DNA of 63,573 nt, the filler included, from Ministeria vibrans ATCC 50519 (taxonomy: Eukaryota > Protista > Filasterea): NCBI GenBank assembly GCA_943704425.1. It is 6 parts of 6 records of this genome, joined end to end, with 100 filler letters (N's around TTAATTAATTAA, not from the genome) between each part and the next. Parts side by side here need not be neighbours in the genome. Positions count along the whole stretch, not along the records: positions 17,948 to 40,216 come from CALSCP010000124.1; 5 more parts are not named here. One strand, given 5' to 3'. Under the pieces are notes generated by a model. The model ran no database searches. It was not told the origin of the DNA and worked only from the letters and a program-made list of their open reading frames with translations. How positions within the stretch are numbered: position 1 is the stretch's first letter; each line of letters opens with the position of its first letter. This document shows positions 17,948-30,962 of the stretch, one piece after another. Made by a program: the position numbers and the translations under genes.

Positions 17948-20228
17948 AGAGAGTCGGCTGTCAGTCCTTGGTGCCAGGCGGGCGTGTCGAGGACACAGCA
18001 ATTTCTTTCAAAAGGATGACGTTGCGAACGTTTCAGGCTTCGCTGCAGCACGAGCAAAAGACTATGGTACACGATATGGTCTGGCACCGACGTTACCGTC
18101 GACGCAGCGACGCTTCGTGGGCGAGTTTGAAGCAATGGTCAAAAGAAACTCACGCGATCCGCTCGGCATCAGCAAGATGCCCGCTGGACGCCATGAACCG
18201 CTCGAATTTGTACGCCTGTGCGCCGTCCAGTGTGCCGTCGTGTCGTCGCCAACGAGACATCCCGTCGAGTTCAGCGTGGACGACGAGCGCACCAGCGTGC
18301 GAGTTCTCCAGCGTGTCAAACTCACGGGACCCCCGCATGTCCTCAACTGCCGTGTCTTCTTCATGATCACCCAGGGGTCCACCGCCGTTTATTCAGGCCT
18401 CGCGTCGGTCGGTGGTATTCAGCCCTGGCCACAATTTATGACGTCCAAGCGCTTTGGCTCGCTCAACCTGCCCCTCTACGGCGATTACACCTTCAAATTG
18501 TACCACTTTCCCATGACAGTCGGCGCCGGCGTTCACCTTGCCTCCTTTTCTTTCCACACGGCCACGTTTGCCACCGCTTGCACCTCGAGCCACTCGTACG
18601 TTGTGTGTCGCGACGACATCTTCGCTGGCTCTCAACACGGCACCAGTCTCCCCGTCAACTTCACTGTGGACTTGCGCATCCAGCCCTACGACCCCGATGC
18701 TCATCTCTCCCCCAGTGCTACGCCGACCACCACCACCAACACCACTTCAACTCCACTTTCCCCCGCCGTACTCGCCACCAAATCGTCGCAGCAGCAACAA
18801 CAGCGCATCGGCATTAGCAGCTCCTCGTCCGACTCGTCGCTCGAGTCGGATATACCTCTCTCCGCCAACCTTATTTTCGACACGGACGACGTGGGCGCCC
18901 GTGTGGTTGCTTCCGACAGTCAAATCGCCGCACGTGAAAAGCAACTTAAGGAACGCAGACAGATGAAAATTTTGCGCGAACAGGGGCTCCAAAATGGCCC
19001 GCGCTCCTCTGGCCGACGCACTCTCCACATGAGCTCCGCCACTCCCTCGAGCAATTTCCACATGTCGCACAGTACTCCGTCCACCAAACTCACCACGCGT
19101 GATGGCAGAGGAGCAGTCACAGCGGCGGCAACTCCTTCCGCAGCAACATCAGTTCTATCACAAGAGGGTCTCGTCGCCGCTGCACCCTCAACAGTAGCAG
19201 CAGCGCCTGTCAATCCGTCGACAGTTGCAACCGCTGTCGCGGCCAGGGTGCCCGCCGACACTGCCGCGACCGATCTTGCGCTTGTACATCGTGTCGACGA
19301 GCATGGCGTGGTACCCTTGGCACTGGCGTCGCATCACTTGGCCGGCGAGGAAAGTGAGGACCGCCGCTTCGCGCGCGAACTTCAACGTCAGTTTGATCAA
19401 GAGTACCTCGAGGAACTGTCAAGGCAGCCACGGGACCAAGAGTCCATCGAGAAGGAGATCATGTCGCTGCAAAACCGTCTCAACCACCTTCAACAGTGTC
19501 ACGCGCGCATTCCAGGGGCAACCTCAACGCGCATGATGTCCCCGTACACGACGCCTATGCCCGCCACGCAAACCTTCCACATCAGCGGCCCTAACTCGCC
19601 TACTCCGGCCAACAGACCCCGCGCCTCCTCTTCCTCCACCAGCACACCCACCACCACCAGTTCCCCAACGCAAGCAGCCCTTTCGGGACCCATCTACCAG
19701 CACCTCAGACATAACACTGCCAGTACCACGCCGGCCATTCCGCCTAGCCGCTCGTTTGGCGCCTCGGTGCACTCGCGCCGTCCCGCCCCGCACAAGCTCA
19801 AACCGGCCATCCTCTCTCTGCTCCCTTCCCTGGTCTACTCGTCGTCGTCGTCCGCCTCTCTCAACATGTCCGACTGTCAGATCTGCCAGGACCCCTACCT
19901 TGAAGGCGATTCGTACCGCTTCCTTCCTTGCATGCACCCCTTTCACCTCGAGTGCATCGACCAATGGTATGACTGCCAACGAAACCAAAAAAATGATACG
20001 CATACCATTAATTTTTCTGTTTCTCCTCATAGGCTGCTCGTCAAAGAGACGTGCCCTATCTGCGTCGCGAGTGTCACCGAAATGCTCAAGACCAATGGCC
20101 AGTTGAGCACCTCCCAGTCCGGCTCGTCTGCCGCTCCCATTCCCATCCCCACCACCACCACTACTACTTCTACTTCTGCTCTTGCTATCAGTCCTGTCGA
20201 GGACGATTGCCTTGAAACTCTGTTGTGA
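17948..20228 (+). CDS. PTEN/tensin-type C2 + MIU-like ubiquitin-binding helix + RING-H2 protein (5' truncated)
   Basis: LPLYGDYTFKLYH..ASFSFHTA..DDI..LPVNFTVDLRI (PTEN-C2-like); EDRRFARELQRQF; CQICQDPYLEGDSYRFLPCMHPFHLECIDQW|LLVKETCPIC. Confidence 0.75.
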
Positions 20229-20334
20229 TCATTTTCAGGATTGGTTTTGATCGATCCGGAAAACTTCTTTTGTTTCTCGTGTGGTGATCATTATGTTTTC
20301 TTGTTGTTGAATCAAGTACACATCTTTTCATATT

Positions 20335-20500
20335 CTACTCGACGCGAGCGTCTTCGACTTTCTCCGCCAGAGTGTCCATGTCATCGTCTGGTTCTGTCGC
20401 TGTCGTTGTTGTCAGTGTGGTGTGTTCGTCGGCAAACTCATCATTGCCATATGCTGTGCCCGATATGATCGGCACGACAGGCATGCTTGTTAGGAAGGAT
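20335..20500 (-). CDS. Probable last exon of an unidentified gene lying mostly in the N gap
   Basis: Acidic open frame ...EFADEHTTLTTTTATEPDDDMDTLAEKVEDARVE* downstream of a microsatellite intron. Confidence 0.3.
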
Positions 20501-20571
20501 TGTAATAATTTCTGAGGGAGAGACGAGAAAAAAGTTGAGATGGACAGTGCGTTTTGCGTGTGTGTGTGTGG

Positions 20572-20639
<68 letters not shown>

Positions 20640-21561
20640 NNNNNNNNNNNNNNNNNNNNNNNNNNNNNNNNNNNNNNNNNNNNNNNNNNNNNNNNNNNNN
20701 NNNNNNNNNNNNNNNNNNNNNNNNNNNNNNNNNNNNNNNNNNNNNNNNNNNNNNNNNNNNNNNNNNNNNNNNNNNNNNNNNNNNNNNNNNNNNNNNNNNN
20801 NNNNNNNNNNNNNNNNNNNNNNNNNNNNNNNNNNNNNNNNNNNNNNNNNNNNNNNNNNNNNNNNNNNNNNNNNNNNNNNNNNNNNNNNNNNNNNNNNNNN
20901 NNNNNNNNNNNNNNNNNNNNNNNNNNNNNNNNNNNNNNNNNNNNNNNNNNNNNNNNNNNNNNNNNNNNNNNNNNNNNNNNNNNNNNNNNNNNNNNNNNNN
21001 NNNNNNNNNNNNNNNNNNNNNNNNNNNNNNNNNNNNNNNNNNNNNNNNNNNNNNNNNNNNNNNNNNNNNNNNNNNNNNNNNNNNNNNNNNNNNNNNNNNN
21101 NNNNNNNNNNNNNNNNNNNNNNNNNNNNNNNNNNNNNNNNNNNNNNNNNNNNNNNNNNNNNNNNNNNNNNNNNNNNNNNNNNNNNNNNNNNNNNNNNNNN
21201 NNNNNNNNNNNNNNNNNNNNNNNNNNNNNNNNNNNNNNNNNNNNNNNNNNNNNNNNNNNNNNNNNNNNNNNNNNNNNNNNNNNNNNNNNNNNNNNNNNNN
21301 NNNNNNNNNNNNNNNNNNNNNNNNNNNNNNNNNNNNNNNNNNNNNNNNNNNNNNNNNNNNNNNNNNNNNNNNNNNNNNNNNNNNNNNNNNNNNNNNNNNN
21401 NNNNNNNNNNNNNNNNNNNNNNNNNNNNNNNNNNNNNNNNNNNNNNNNNNNNNNNNNNNNNNNNNNNNNNNNNNNNNNNNNNNNNNNNNNNNNNNNNNNN
21501 NNNNNNNNNNNNNNNNNNNNNNNNNNNNNNNNNNNNNNNNNNNNNNNNNNNNNNNNNNNNN

Positions 21562-22171
<610 letters not shown>

Positions 22172-22319
22172 CGCACATGCACATACACACACACACACAC
22201 TCACACTCCCTCTCTGTCTATGTCTCATTATAGTAATCAGTGTTTGAATTTGTTTTGAATGTGGCTCTGTATTTATATATAATGTGTGTATGTGTCAATT
22301 AGCCGCGTCACAGTTGAGT

Positions 22320-22914
22320 TTAGTTGTCATGGAGCAACAATGGAGATTTGAGCTTGTAGTTTCTGTGGGCGACCTGAGACCAGTCTCCGTCAATATTGCA
22401 GCTGTACGACACACGGATGCCATCGCCGACTGTGGGCGCAACCTATGAGTGGGTGAGAGCGAGAAAGTGTGTGTGAGGAGGGTTATAAGAGTGTGGTATG
22501 TGAGTGGAAGCATGAGCGTGAGGAATAGGGAGTGGCATGAGTAAGAGTGAGAGTGTCCATTGACATGGGTATATCATTAGAGTGTGCGTGCATTGTGAGA
22601 GTGAGTGATTCACAGTGTGCGTGCCATAGTATGAGTAAAATTGAACCTGATGGGCGAGATAGGACGGAAAGAGAACCATCAGACCCGAGTACGGCGTAAC
22701 GCGGTACTGGCGCACAAAGGGTGGAATCGACTTGTATGGGTTGTAGCGAAACTCCTCAATGGGAGAGTACCCTCTACACAAAAAACGAGAGTGTCAGTCA
22801 GACACTTTTCTCTTTATTTTGTTTGGACTTGTTTCCTTCTCCATAGTCACTTTGTTTCGTCTTCTTAACTTCTTCTTCTTCTTCTCTCCCTCTATCACTT
22901 TGTTTCTTTCTCCC

Positions 22915-22950
<36 letters not shown>

Positions 22951-24293
22951 CCGTGGATCGTAGAAGATGATGTCGCCTGAGCCGGGAGGAACCTGCGGAT
23001 AGTATGCCAAGGAGACAGCCGCATCGTCATGTACATGCGCAAAGTGCGTTGACCCTACACACACATACATGCATGCACACACACAGTTAGATGCATTCTT
23101 TTGCGACACACGTTGTCTAATACCTGCGCGCTGATACGTGCCCCAGCAGCTAAGCTGTGCTGGCTCCCACACTGCCGACCCGTGCGTCCCCAGCAGACGA
23201 CGCGCCCCTTCCAATGCAAAATGTCGTAGCATCTTAAACGCATCCAAGTGCATTAGTTTCTCCCAACCCGTTCCTATAAATGACATGATGTCTTGTTTCA
23301 CTCGTTCCCTTTTTTGTACCACTCTCGAGAACAAATCGCTGAGAGAAGCCTCGCGAAAATGCCTCATTAAGCATGTTGATTTGCCAGCCAAAAAAGCCAC
23401 CGTTGCCATCGCTGATGCTCTCATGATCACTGTTCTCAAAGTACCGTAGAAACTCCGTCTCGACCAGTTGAGCCAGCGTCGCATGCATCTCCGCGCCCAC
23501 TGCCTTGCTCAAATTCACCTGATGGATCATCGACGCAAATAGAACGTGACGCTCGGGTTCCGGCATGGGCGCGTAGTCGATCGGGGTTTCCTTCGGCTCC
23601 TGGCCAGCGTTGCCCTGCTCGCAGGCAAAGGTCACGGCGACGGGCATCGCGAGTGACGCAAGAGCTTCGCATGCGCGCGCCGTCACATTCGCTCGAATTC
23701 CATCGAGTGAGGTACAGTTGAACGACGCGTCCGGGTGGTGCAGGTGCTCGGCAAAGTCAATGGCATCCACGCCAAAGGTCTTCTCAAAGTTGAAAATGCG
23801 TCGCAGGGAGGCCGCCACAACAGCGTCTGCCGTGCCAATGTCCGTCTCATGCGGATCCGCTATGCCGCTCAGCTGCAAGCTCGTGCACAGCGCACCCAGC
23901 GCCTGCGAATACCGTCCAATTAGGCTGTCGGCGTGCCCCTTCATGGCCCACAGCGTTGCGTTTTGCGGGGCAAATCGCACCGACGCCTCGATAAACCGCG
24001 CTCCAAGTCGCAACATCGCCTCGGGCGGGTTCGCCGCGGGCTGCCTTCGCGTCGCCTTGCGCGCATCACGCACCGACCTCAGTATCTTCTTGCCCACCAC
24101 AAAGAGGGAGTCTGAATAGCTACAGGAGTCGTCCAACACCAATACAGAAAGTTTCAAAAAAGGAGAGAAGCTCGCGGTTGCCGTACACGGCCGCTTCGCC
24201 CTTTGGAAGGTTTTTGAAGGGGTAGGGGTCTCTAAAACTGCACGATGCAAGCGTGACAAGCGACGCCACCACCAGTGCCAATGTAAATCTCAT
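22320..24293 (-). CDS. Secreted/luminal TPR + 2OG-Fe(II) oxygenase (TIGR02466/2OG-FeII_Oxy_5-like)
   Basis: Signal peptide MRFTLALVVASLVTLASC; TPR-like APQNATLWAMKGHA..LIGRYSQA; HVHDDAAVSLAYY..GDIIFYDPR, VLFPSYLAHQV and RVSYSCN. Confidence 0.75.
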
Positions 24294-24853
24294 TGAGGAA
24301 GACACAAAAATACATAAAAAAAATTACTCCTCGTAATAATAATAATAATAATAATAATTATTTTTATATAAATAAAAGTCAAAAGATAGATTCAAGAAAT
24401 TGTGAGTCATGCATGTGAGTCCTTTCACTCCTTTGCATAATCTTGGCTGTCCATTAATGGGTAGTTCGATGATCCTTTGTTTGTCACGAAAAGCATCCAA
24501 ATGATACAAAAAAATCGATTATTGTCCTTGTCACGTTCATATCGAACCTATAATTGTGATTGATTCATTCTGCCTTAATTCCAAGAGCATATGCACGCTG
24601 TTCTGTTAATAGCAACTTCTATTTATCTTTCCCCGTCAAAATCATTGGAGACTCTATCACAAATCGGACACATTTTGGGATTCTAACAAAGGAGACGTTC
24701 CTCCTTCGTCCTTACCATTGTTGATATGTTCTCCTAGCACGCGCTCAAAGTCTCATTCAACTCCACTAAACGCACAATCGTTGTACCTTGACGAACATGA
24801 CTTCATATACGTGTACGCATTAGAGTATGCATAATTGGTAACGTTTATTATGT

Positions 24854-27800
24854 TCAGACTTGAGACGCAGTGAGGTTCTCGAGGTGTTCGCCGAGAAAGC
24901 GACACTCGCAGCCATTGGCGCGCAGCTGGCGCACTTTGTCGGAAAAATCGTCTGAGGGAGAGTGTGAGTGGGTGAATGGGTGAGTGAGTGGGTGACAAAT
25001 CCACAACACACATAATACATAGACAGAGAGGGAGAGAAAGAGAGAGAGAAAGAGAGTGAGTGAGAGAGCATACCGCGCAACATGATGAAAGAGGGTCTCT
25101 TTGCGGCATCCAGCTCCCAACATTGCAACATAACGGCATACAACACATCGGCACAGCCGACGGGTTGCACCAAGCGGCGCCCATCCAAGAGCGTCGCCAC
25201 AATGTCACGCAGTGCAACGCCCTTGTAGGGTTGCACCGTGCCGTACGTGCACAGCTCCCACAGGAGCACGCCGAAGGACCACACGTCAGAGGCGGACGAG
25301 AACTGCGTGTTGGTGTCAGTGAGTGAAGATGGTAGAGGGTGGAAGTGGTAACATGGGTGCTGATGAGGGTCACTTGTAAAGACTCATTGTGCTGTTGAAT
25401 GAGTGACAGTGTGTGAAGATAGTGGAGGGTGGAGTGGTTGCGATTGTATGTCAATGAAAATGACACGTTGATCAATGTCAATCAGGGAGAGTGGTGTTGA
25501 TCCAGTATCAGCTGATACGTTGGGAGTCTTTAGATGGGTGTTGACAAGACAGTGTCAAGTACAGCAAAGCCATAATGGGTCAAGAATATGCAGTCATGAT
25601 ATTGATCAGTGACACTTCTGGACAACAAGTGCAATAAAACATAATAATTATTATTGTGATCACCTTGCGGAACTCGAGTGACTCGATGGCCATCCAGCGC
25701 ACAGGCATCTTGACGCCGCGCGAGGAGACGCGATAGTAGTCATGATTGACATCAAGTCGACGACTCATGCCAAAGTCAGCAACGGCTACTCGACCAGCGG
25801 CACCTAGGAGCACATTGCGGGCGGCCAGGTCGCGGTGGATGAACCCATGGCCTGATAGATACGCCATGCCCGCCGCAATCTGCCGTGCAATGTCAAACTG
25901 TTCAATGTCCATCATCTCCAGAAACTGACAGCTCGCACACATGCGCATGAAACTCCGCAGATCGCCAAAGGTGAAGTACTGCACATCAAGCAACACACGG
26001 GTCAATACATCCCTACCTATTCCCACCACAATTCGTGCTTTACCTCAACAACCAGAAAAAACGGTGAGGTTTCCAAGCACACGCCTATCAGACCAAGGAC
26101 ATTCTCGTGCTTGAAGCCACCTTGCAGTTTTGCTTCGGACAGAAAGTCTACAGGCAGGTGTGTGAATTCTTGAAATTTCCACTGGAAACTTGCGCGAGGC
26201 ATGAAAACAAACAAATCTCATTCTTATCCCACAACATACCGGCTTCATCTTTGCTCGTTGCGTTTGGTCGGAGTGTCTTGACGGCAACCATCTTCTGCAT
26301 TTCACTTGCAAACGCTTTGAAGACAACGCCAAACTCACCGCGGCCCAGCTCGCGGTCCATTTCTATCTGCTCCCGCGCCATGCCGTGCTCCCGCGCGAGT
26401 TTCTCCATCAGCGTCGTGCGCTCCGCGTTCATCGTTACAGCCCGTGTGTCGCTGGCGGGTCTTTTCGGCATTGACGTCACCACTGGCGGCGTGTCGCTGA
26501 CAGGCGCGAGTGAGGTGCGCGAGTGAGGGTTGGAGCGGAATGGGTTGTTAGTGAGCGGTGTACGCCGAGTCTGCCCAAACGGGGCGTAGAGTTCGCTGTT
26601 GGCGCCAGCCGCTCGCTCGGAGACGTTGCGCTCGTAGGCAATGTAGTCGTCGTGGACTTCGACTGTGGCTGCTTGTGGCAAAGCGTAGAGGCGGAGGTTC
26701 TGATAGAAGTCTTCTGCGTCAGCTTCGCGAGCAAGCGACGCCACACTCTGATAGAGCGCCCGGAACTCGGTTGTGCTCATGGCCTCGGCGCACACGGTCG
26801 ATCCCGATGCCTGGTAGTGTTCAGGTAAGGCACGCTCACACAAGGGTTCGAACGAGTCGACGGCGGCGCTGGCATCGTTATTGTCGGCCAGCTCGTCTGC
26901 TGCAGCGCCACGGTGAGTTTGCTGCAGGCAAAGAGGGTTCCCGACCAGCCGCTCGTCATGGTCAATCTTGAGATCTTCCATTCCAATATCGGTCGAGGTC
27001 CGAGGAAGCGTGGACATGGACCGCTTGGGCACGACCAGGTCCGATGGAGACGAGGGTATGTGTCGCAACCGCCGCCGACGCCGACGCATGACCACAATAC
27101 CCACGACAATGGCCACCAAACAGAGCACGGCACCAACGGCACCAGCAACGGCAGCGATAGAAAATACAGGTGAATCTCGTGCAACAAAACCCACGACGAT
27201 GCTGAAGTGATGAAGACGACCGTGAACCGTGAGCTTGCCTGTCGACAGCGTCGTCCACACGTCGTCGACTTCTTCCCAACCCAAAGCGGCAGATTTCACA
27301 AATAGGCGTATGCGCGACCACTCGGAAGCGGAGAGATGGGCCGTCGTGGTGAGAGCAATTTCCGGGTAGGGTGCCTGAAACGTCGTACCAGCGGGTTGCA
27401 GCTCGACAAAGTCAGTGACACGCTCCAACTCAGAAAGCAGTGCGGAAGACGTCGAGGGCGCATTCGCTTGGCTGACGCGGAACACTTGCACGGTGATCTC
27501 ATTGCCCGGTGCGATGGCGCCCGTGGGCACACTGAACGAGACACCGCCGTCGGGACAGTTGGCAGAGCTGCCAGCCACAGAGCCGCCCGAGGAGTCGACG
27601 TGGACCACGGCACAGTCGGGCCGAAGCATGATCGCACAGTGAGAGCCCGTGTAGTTTGGCAGACACGTACACGCGAAACTGTTCACTCCATCTGTACACG
27701 TACCGCCGTTCCCGCACGGATTCGAGGCACACTCATTGACATTGATAGAGCATGTGGCGCCGATAAAGCCGGGTGGGCAGGAACAGGCAAACGAACCGAT

Positions 27801-30800
27801 ACCATTTGTGCACGTACCACCGTTTCCACAGGGTGAGGAAGCACACTCCCCAAGGAAAGTCTCGCAACTCACGCCAGTGAACGACTGTGGACAATCGCAG
27901 GCGACGTTGACACCGGTCGGCGTCAGAGTGACGCTCGTGTATGTCGTGTGGGGGCATGTATCGTCGACACTGCTGGCGTAATATACCTTGAGTTCCATGG
28001 TGCCATCGGGGTTGCGCATGGCGGCGACCTGGGCTGTCGTCAGCGCCAAAGTCTGCGTACGGATAGTACAATCCACCACAGTTGCATAGTTCCAGAAGAG
28101 GAGCTCCAGATATGCTCCGCCACCCGTGACGTACGCATATTCACTTTCCAAACCGAGGTCAGCATTTGACACAAATTTCATCAAGTAGGTGCCCGGGAAG
28201 GTGTTGGCGAACGAGAAGACTTGCGTATTTGGGGCGAAGGAGTTGCCTAGTACCAAGTACAGCACTTCTGCCTGCCGACAACTACCAGAATTGCTGCACG
28301 GTGATGATGCGCATAAGTCAACGCGAGTCTGGCACGTGGGACCAGTGAGTCCGTTGGGACACTCACAAGTGAATGATGCGACGCCGTCGACACAAACAAA
28401 TGGCGGTTGACATGGACCGGACAAGCACTCGTCCACGTTGATTGAGCACGACGAGCCCGAAAAGCCTGGGTCACAGGAGCACGTGTACTCATTGGTACCA
28501 TCGGCACACGTTCCGCCATTTTGGCACGGGGTCGAGGCGCACTCATTGACGTTCGTTTGGCAATTAGTGCCAGCGTAGCCGGAAAAGCATGAGCAGGTGT
28601 AGCTGTTGACCCCATCCGAGCAGGTGCCGTGGTTCGAACACGCGTTGCTTGGACAGTCGTTGATGTTCGTTTGGCAAGTAGAGCCAGCGTAGCCGGAAAA
28701 GCATGAGCAAATGTAACCGTTGACTGCGTCTGCGCATGTAGCGCCGTTCTGGCACGGGGCGGAGGAGCACTCATTGATGTCGGTCTCGCAGTGGGTGTCG
28801 GTGTAACCAGGTGGGCAAAAGCAAATGTAACTGTTGACCCCATCCGAGCACGCGCCGCTGTTCTGGCACGGGGCGGAGGTGCAATCATTAATGTTGATCT
28901 CGCAGTGGGTGTCGGTGTAACCAGGTGGGCAAGAGCAAATGTAACCGTTGACTGCGTCTGCGCATGTAGCGCCGTTCTGGCACGGGGCGGAGGAGCACTC
29001 ATTGATGTCGGTCTCGCAGTGGGTGTCGGTGTAACCAGGTGGGCAAAAGCAAATGTAACTGTTGACCCCATCCGAGCACGCGCCGCTGTTCTGGCACGGG
29101 GCGGAGGTGCAATCATTAATGTTGATCTCGCAGTGGGTGTCGGTGTAACCAGGTGGGCAAGAGCAAATGTAACCGTTGACTGCGTCTGCGCATATAGCGC
29201 CGTTCTGGCACGGGATCGAGGCGCACTCATTGATGTTCGTTTGGCAAGTAGTGCCAGCGTAGCCGGAAAAGCATGAGCAGGTGTAACCGTTGACTGCGTC
29301 TGCGCATGAAGCACCGTTTTGGCACGGGGCGGAGGAGCACTCATTGATGTTGGTCTCGCACACTGACCCAGTAAACCCAGCTGGGCAAGAGCACGTTTGA
29401 AACCCCATGGCCAACGGCTGAGAAAACTCGAAATACAATGATGCAAGTTGGCACACACTACCTCCAACATCTCTGGAAACGAACATTGTCAACAGCCCAC
29501 CTTCTGCCTTGATTTGCGAGATTTCCCATGCAGAGACTGCAAAACTTGTCGATGCCTGAACGCAGTCCGTCATGGTCCAATCGAAGAGCGTGCGGGTAAA
29601 CGCACCTGAACCAGAACGAATACGAATGTACTCGCTCGAAAGAGAAAGGTCTGCTGTGGCGTATACCTTAATACGTCCGCCGAATTGAGACTCCGCAGAT
29701 GAAATGTCCAAGACGAAGTTCAAAGGACGGGAAAAGACACCAAAGCGTGATTCGAACTGTTTGAAGTATTCCTGACGCACACCTCCGTTGAGACAGTAGA
29801 ACGAGGAACTGCCAACACAAGTGAACGTGTCGATGCCATCTACGCAAGTACCGCCGTTGCTGCAAGGGCTCGAGGCACAGTCGTCAATGTTGGTCTCGCA
29901 GCTTCCACCAGTGATTCCGTTGGGACAGACACACGAGTATACATCGCCAGTTGCCACACAGGTGCCATATTTACACGGAAACGACCAGCATGGCGTATCG
30001 TGAAAGGTGTAGTGCAACGTCCAAGAGATGGAGTCGGATGAGTAGCCAATCAACGGCATGGTGGTCGTGTAAACCCCGGACATTGACGTGGAGGGAAACC
30101 TGCAAAAGTTAATAAAATAGAAATGTTAGAGCAGTTAGAGCAAGCACAAGCTGCAAGGAGTTCGCTAATATTGGATGAGTTATATGGATGCGCTCACCGG
30201 GAAAACGCTTTGATAAGCTGATCGTCAAGTGCAAAGCTGTCGTCCTCCCAGGCCTCAAATATGAACTCTACCCAGTTTTGCTCTCCCGAAAATGTGTAGC
30301 TGATCTCGGTACTTGGACCGAAGTAGAAAGCATTTGTGCTATAAGGAGATAACAAAATAATTACGTACAACATGTATGCATATGGATGTGACTAGCTGCT
30401 AATCCCTTGAGAGCGAGTTCAGAGCGAGGGCCACTATAACACTAAACACTTACTTAGCCGGAGCCTCCAATTCGTCGGTCGTGAGCGAAATGACTGTGAT
30501 CCCTGAGCTAGTAGTTGGAGTCCCGAAATCGCCATCGCCGATATAAAGGTAGACGTAGAAATCACACTTTCCGCCGGATGATACGCCTGTATCCTGGTCA
30601 CATTGATTGGGAGAAATGATTGTCACCTGACCCACATAAACAGAGACATGGAGCTGGAGAGAAAGTGTCAAGTCGTCATGATCAGTCTGTTTAATTTACG
30701 TAGGCATCTGTGGCAGCCAGCAGACACGCGAGAACCTACAGGTATGATGATGAGTGATCAGACTTCACAGAAGAGCGAGTGCAAGGAACGAGCTTTGCAA

Positions 30801-30962
30801 ACCCGGTATTGAACAGTTGTTTCCGCTCGTGTTGGTAATTGTTCGGAAAATTAACAGCAAAATCCTATCGTAATGTACCCTTACTGTACATCACATTACG
30901 TGTGTTCGACATGAGACAAAATGAGACAACCTTACCCCCAAGCAAAAGACAGGGAAACGCAT
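24854..30962 (-). CDS. Receptor tyrosine kinase: SP - C2-like - ~15 EGF (two with inserted domains) - ZU5-like - TM - TK
   Basis: Spliced signal peptide MRFPVFCLG|VLACLLAATDAY; cbEGF repeats; TM IAAVAGAVGAVLCLVAIVVGIVVM followed by RRRRRR; kinase LGRGEFGVV, VAVKTL, IHRDLAARNVLL, DFGMSR, KMPVRWMAIESL and SDVWSFGVLLWEL. Confidence 0.92.
28705..29193. repeat. Near-perfect 228-bp tandem duplication (about 2.1 copies) encoding a two-EGF unit
   Basis: gagcaaatgtaaccgttgactgcgtctgcgcat recurs at 28705, 28933 and 29161, with matching intervening sequence. Confidence 0.9.

Noticed and set aside
28247-29470. 407-aa repetitive alternate-frame ORF
   Set aside because: Shadow of the GC-rich EGF repeat exon
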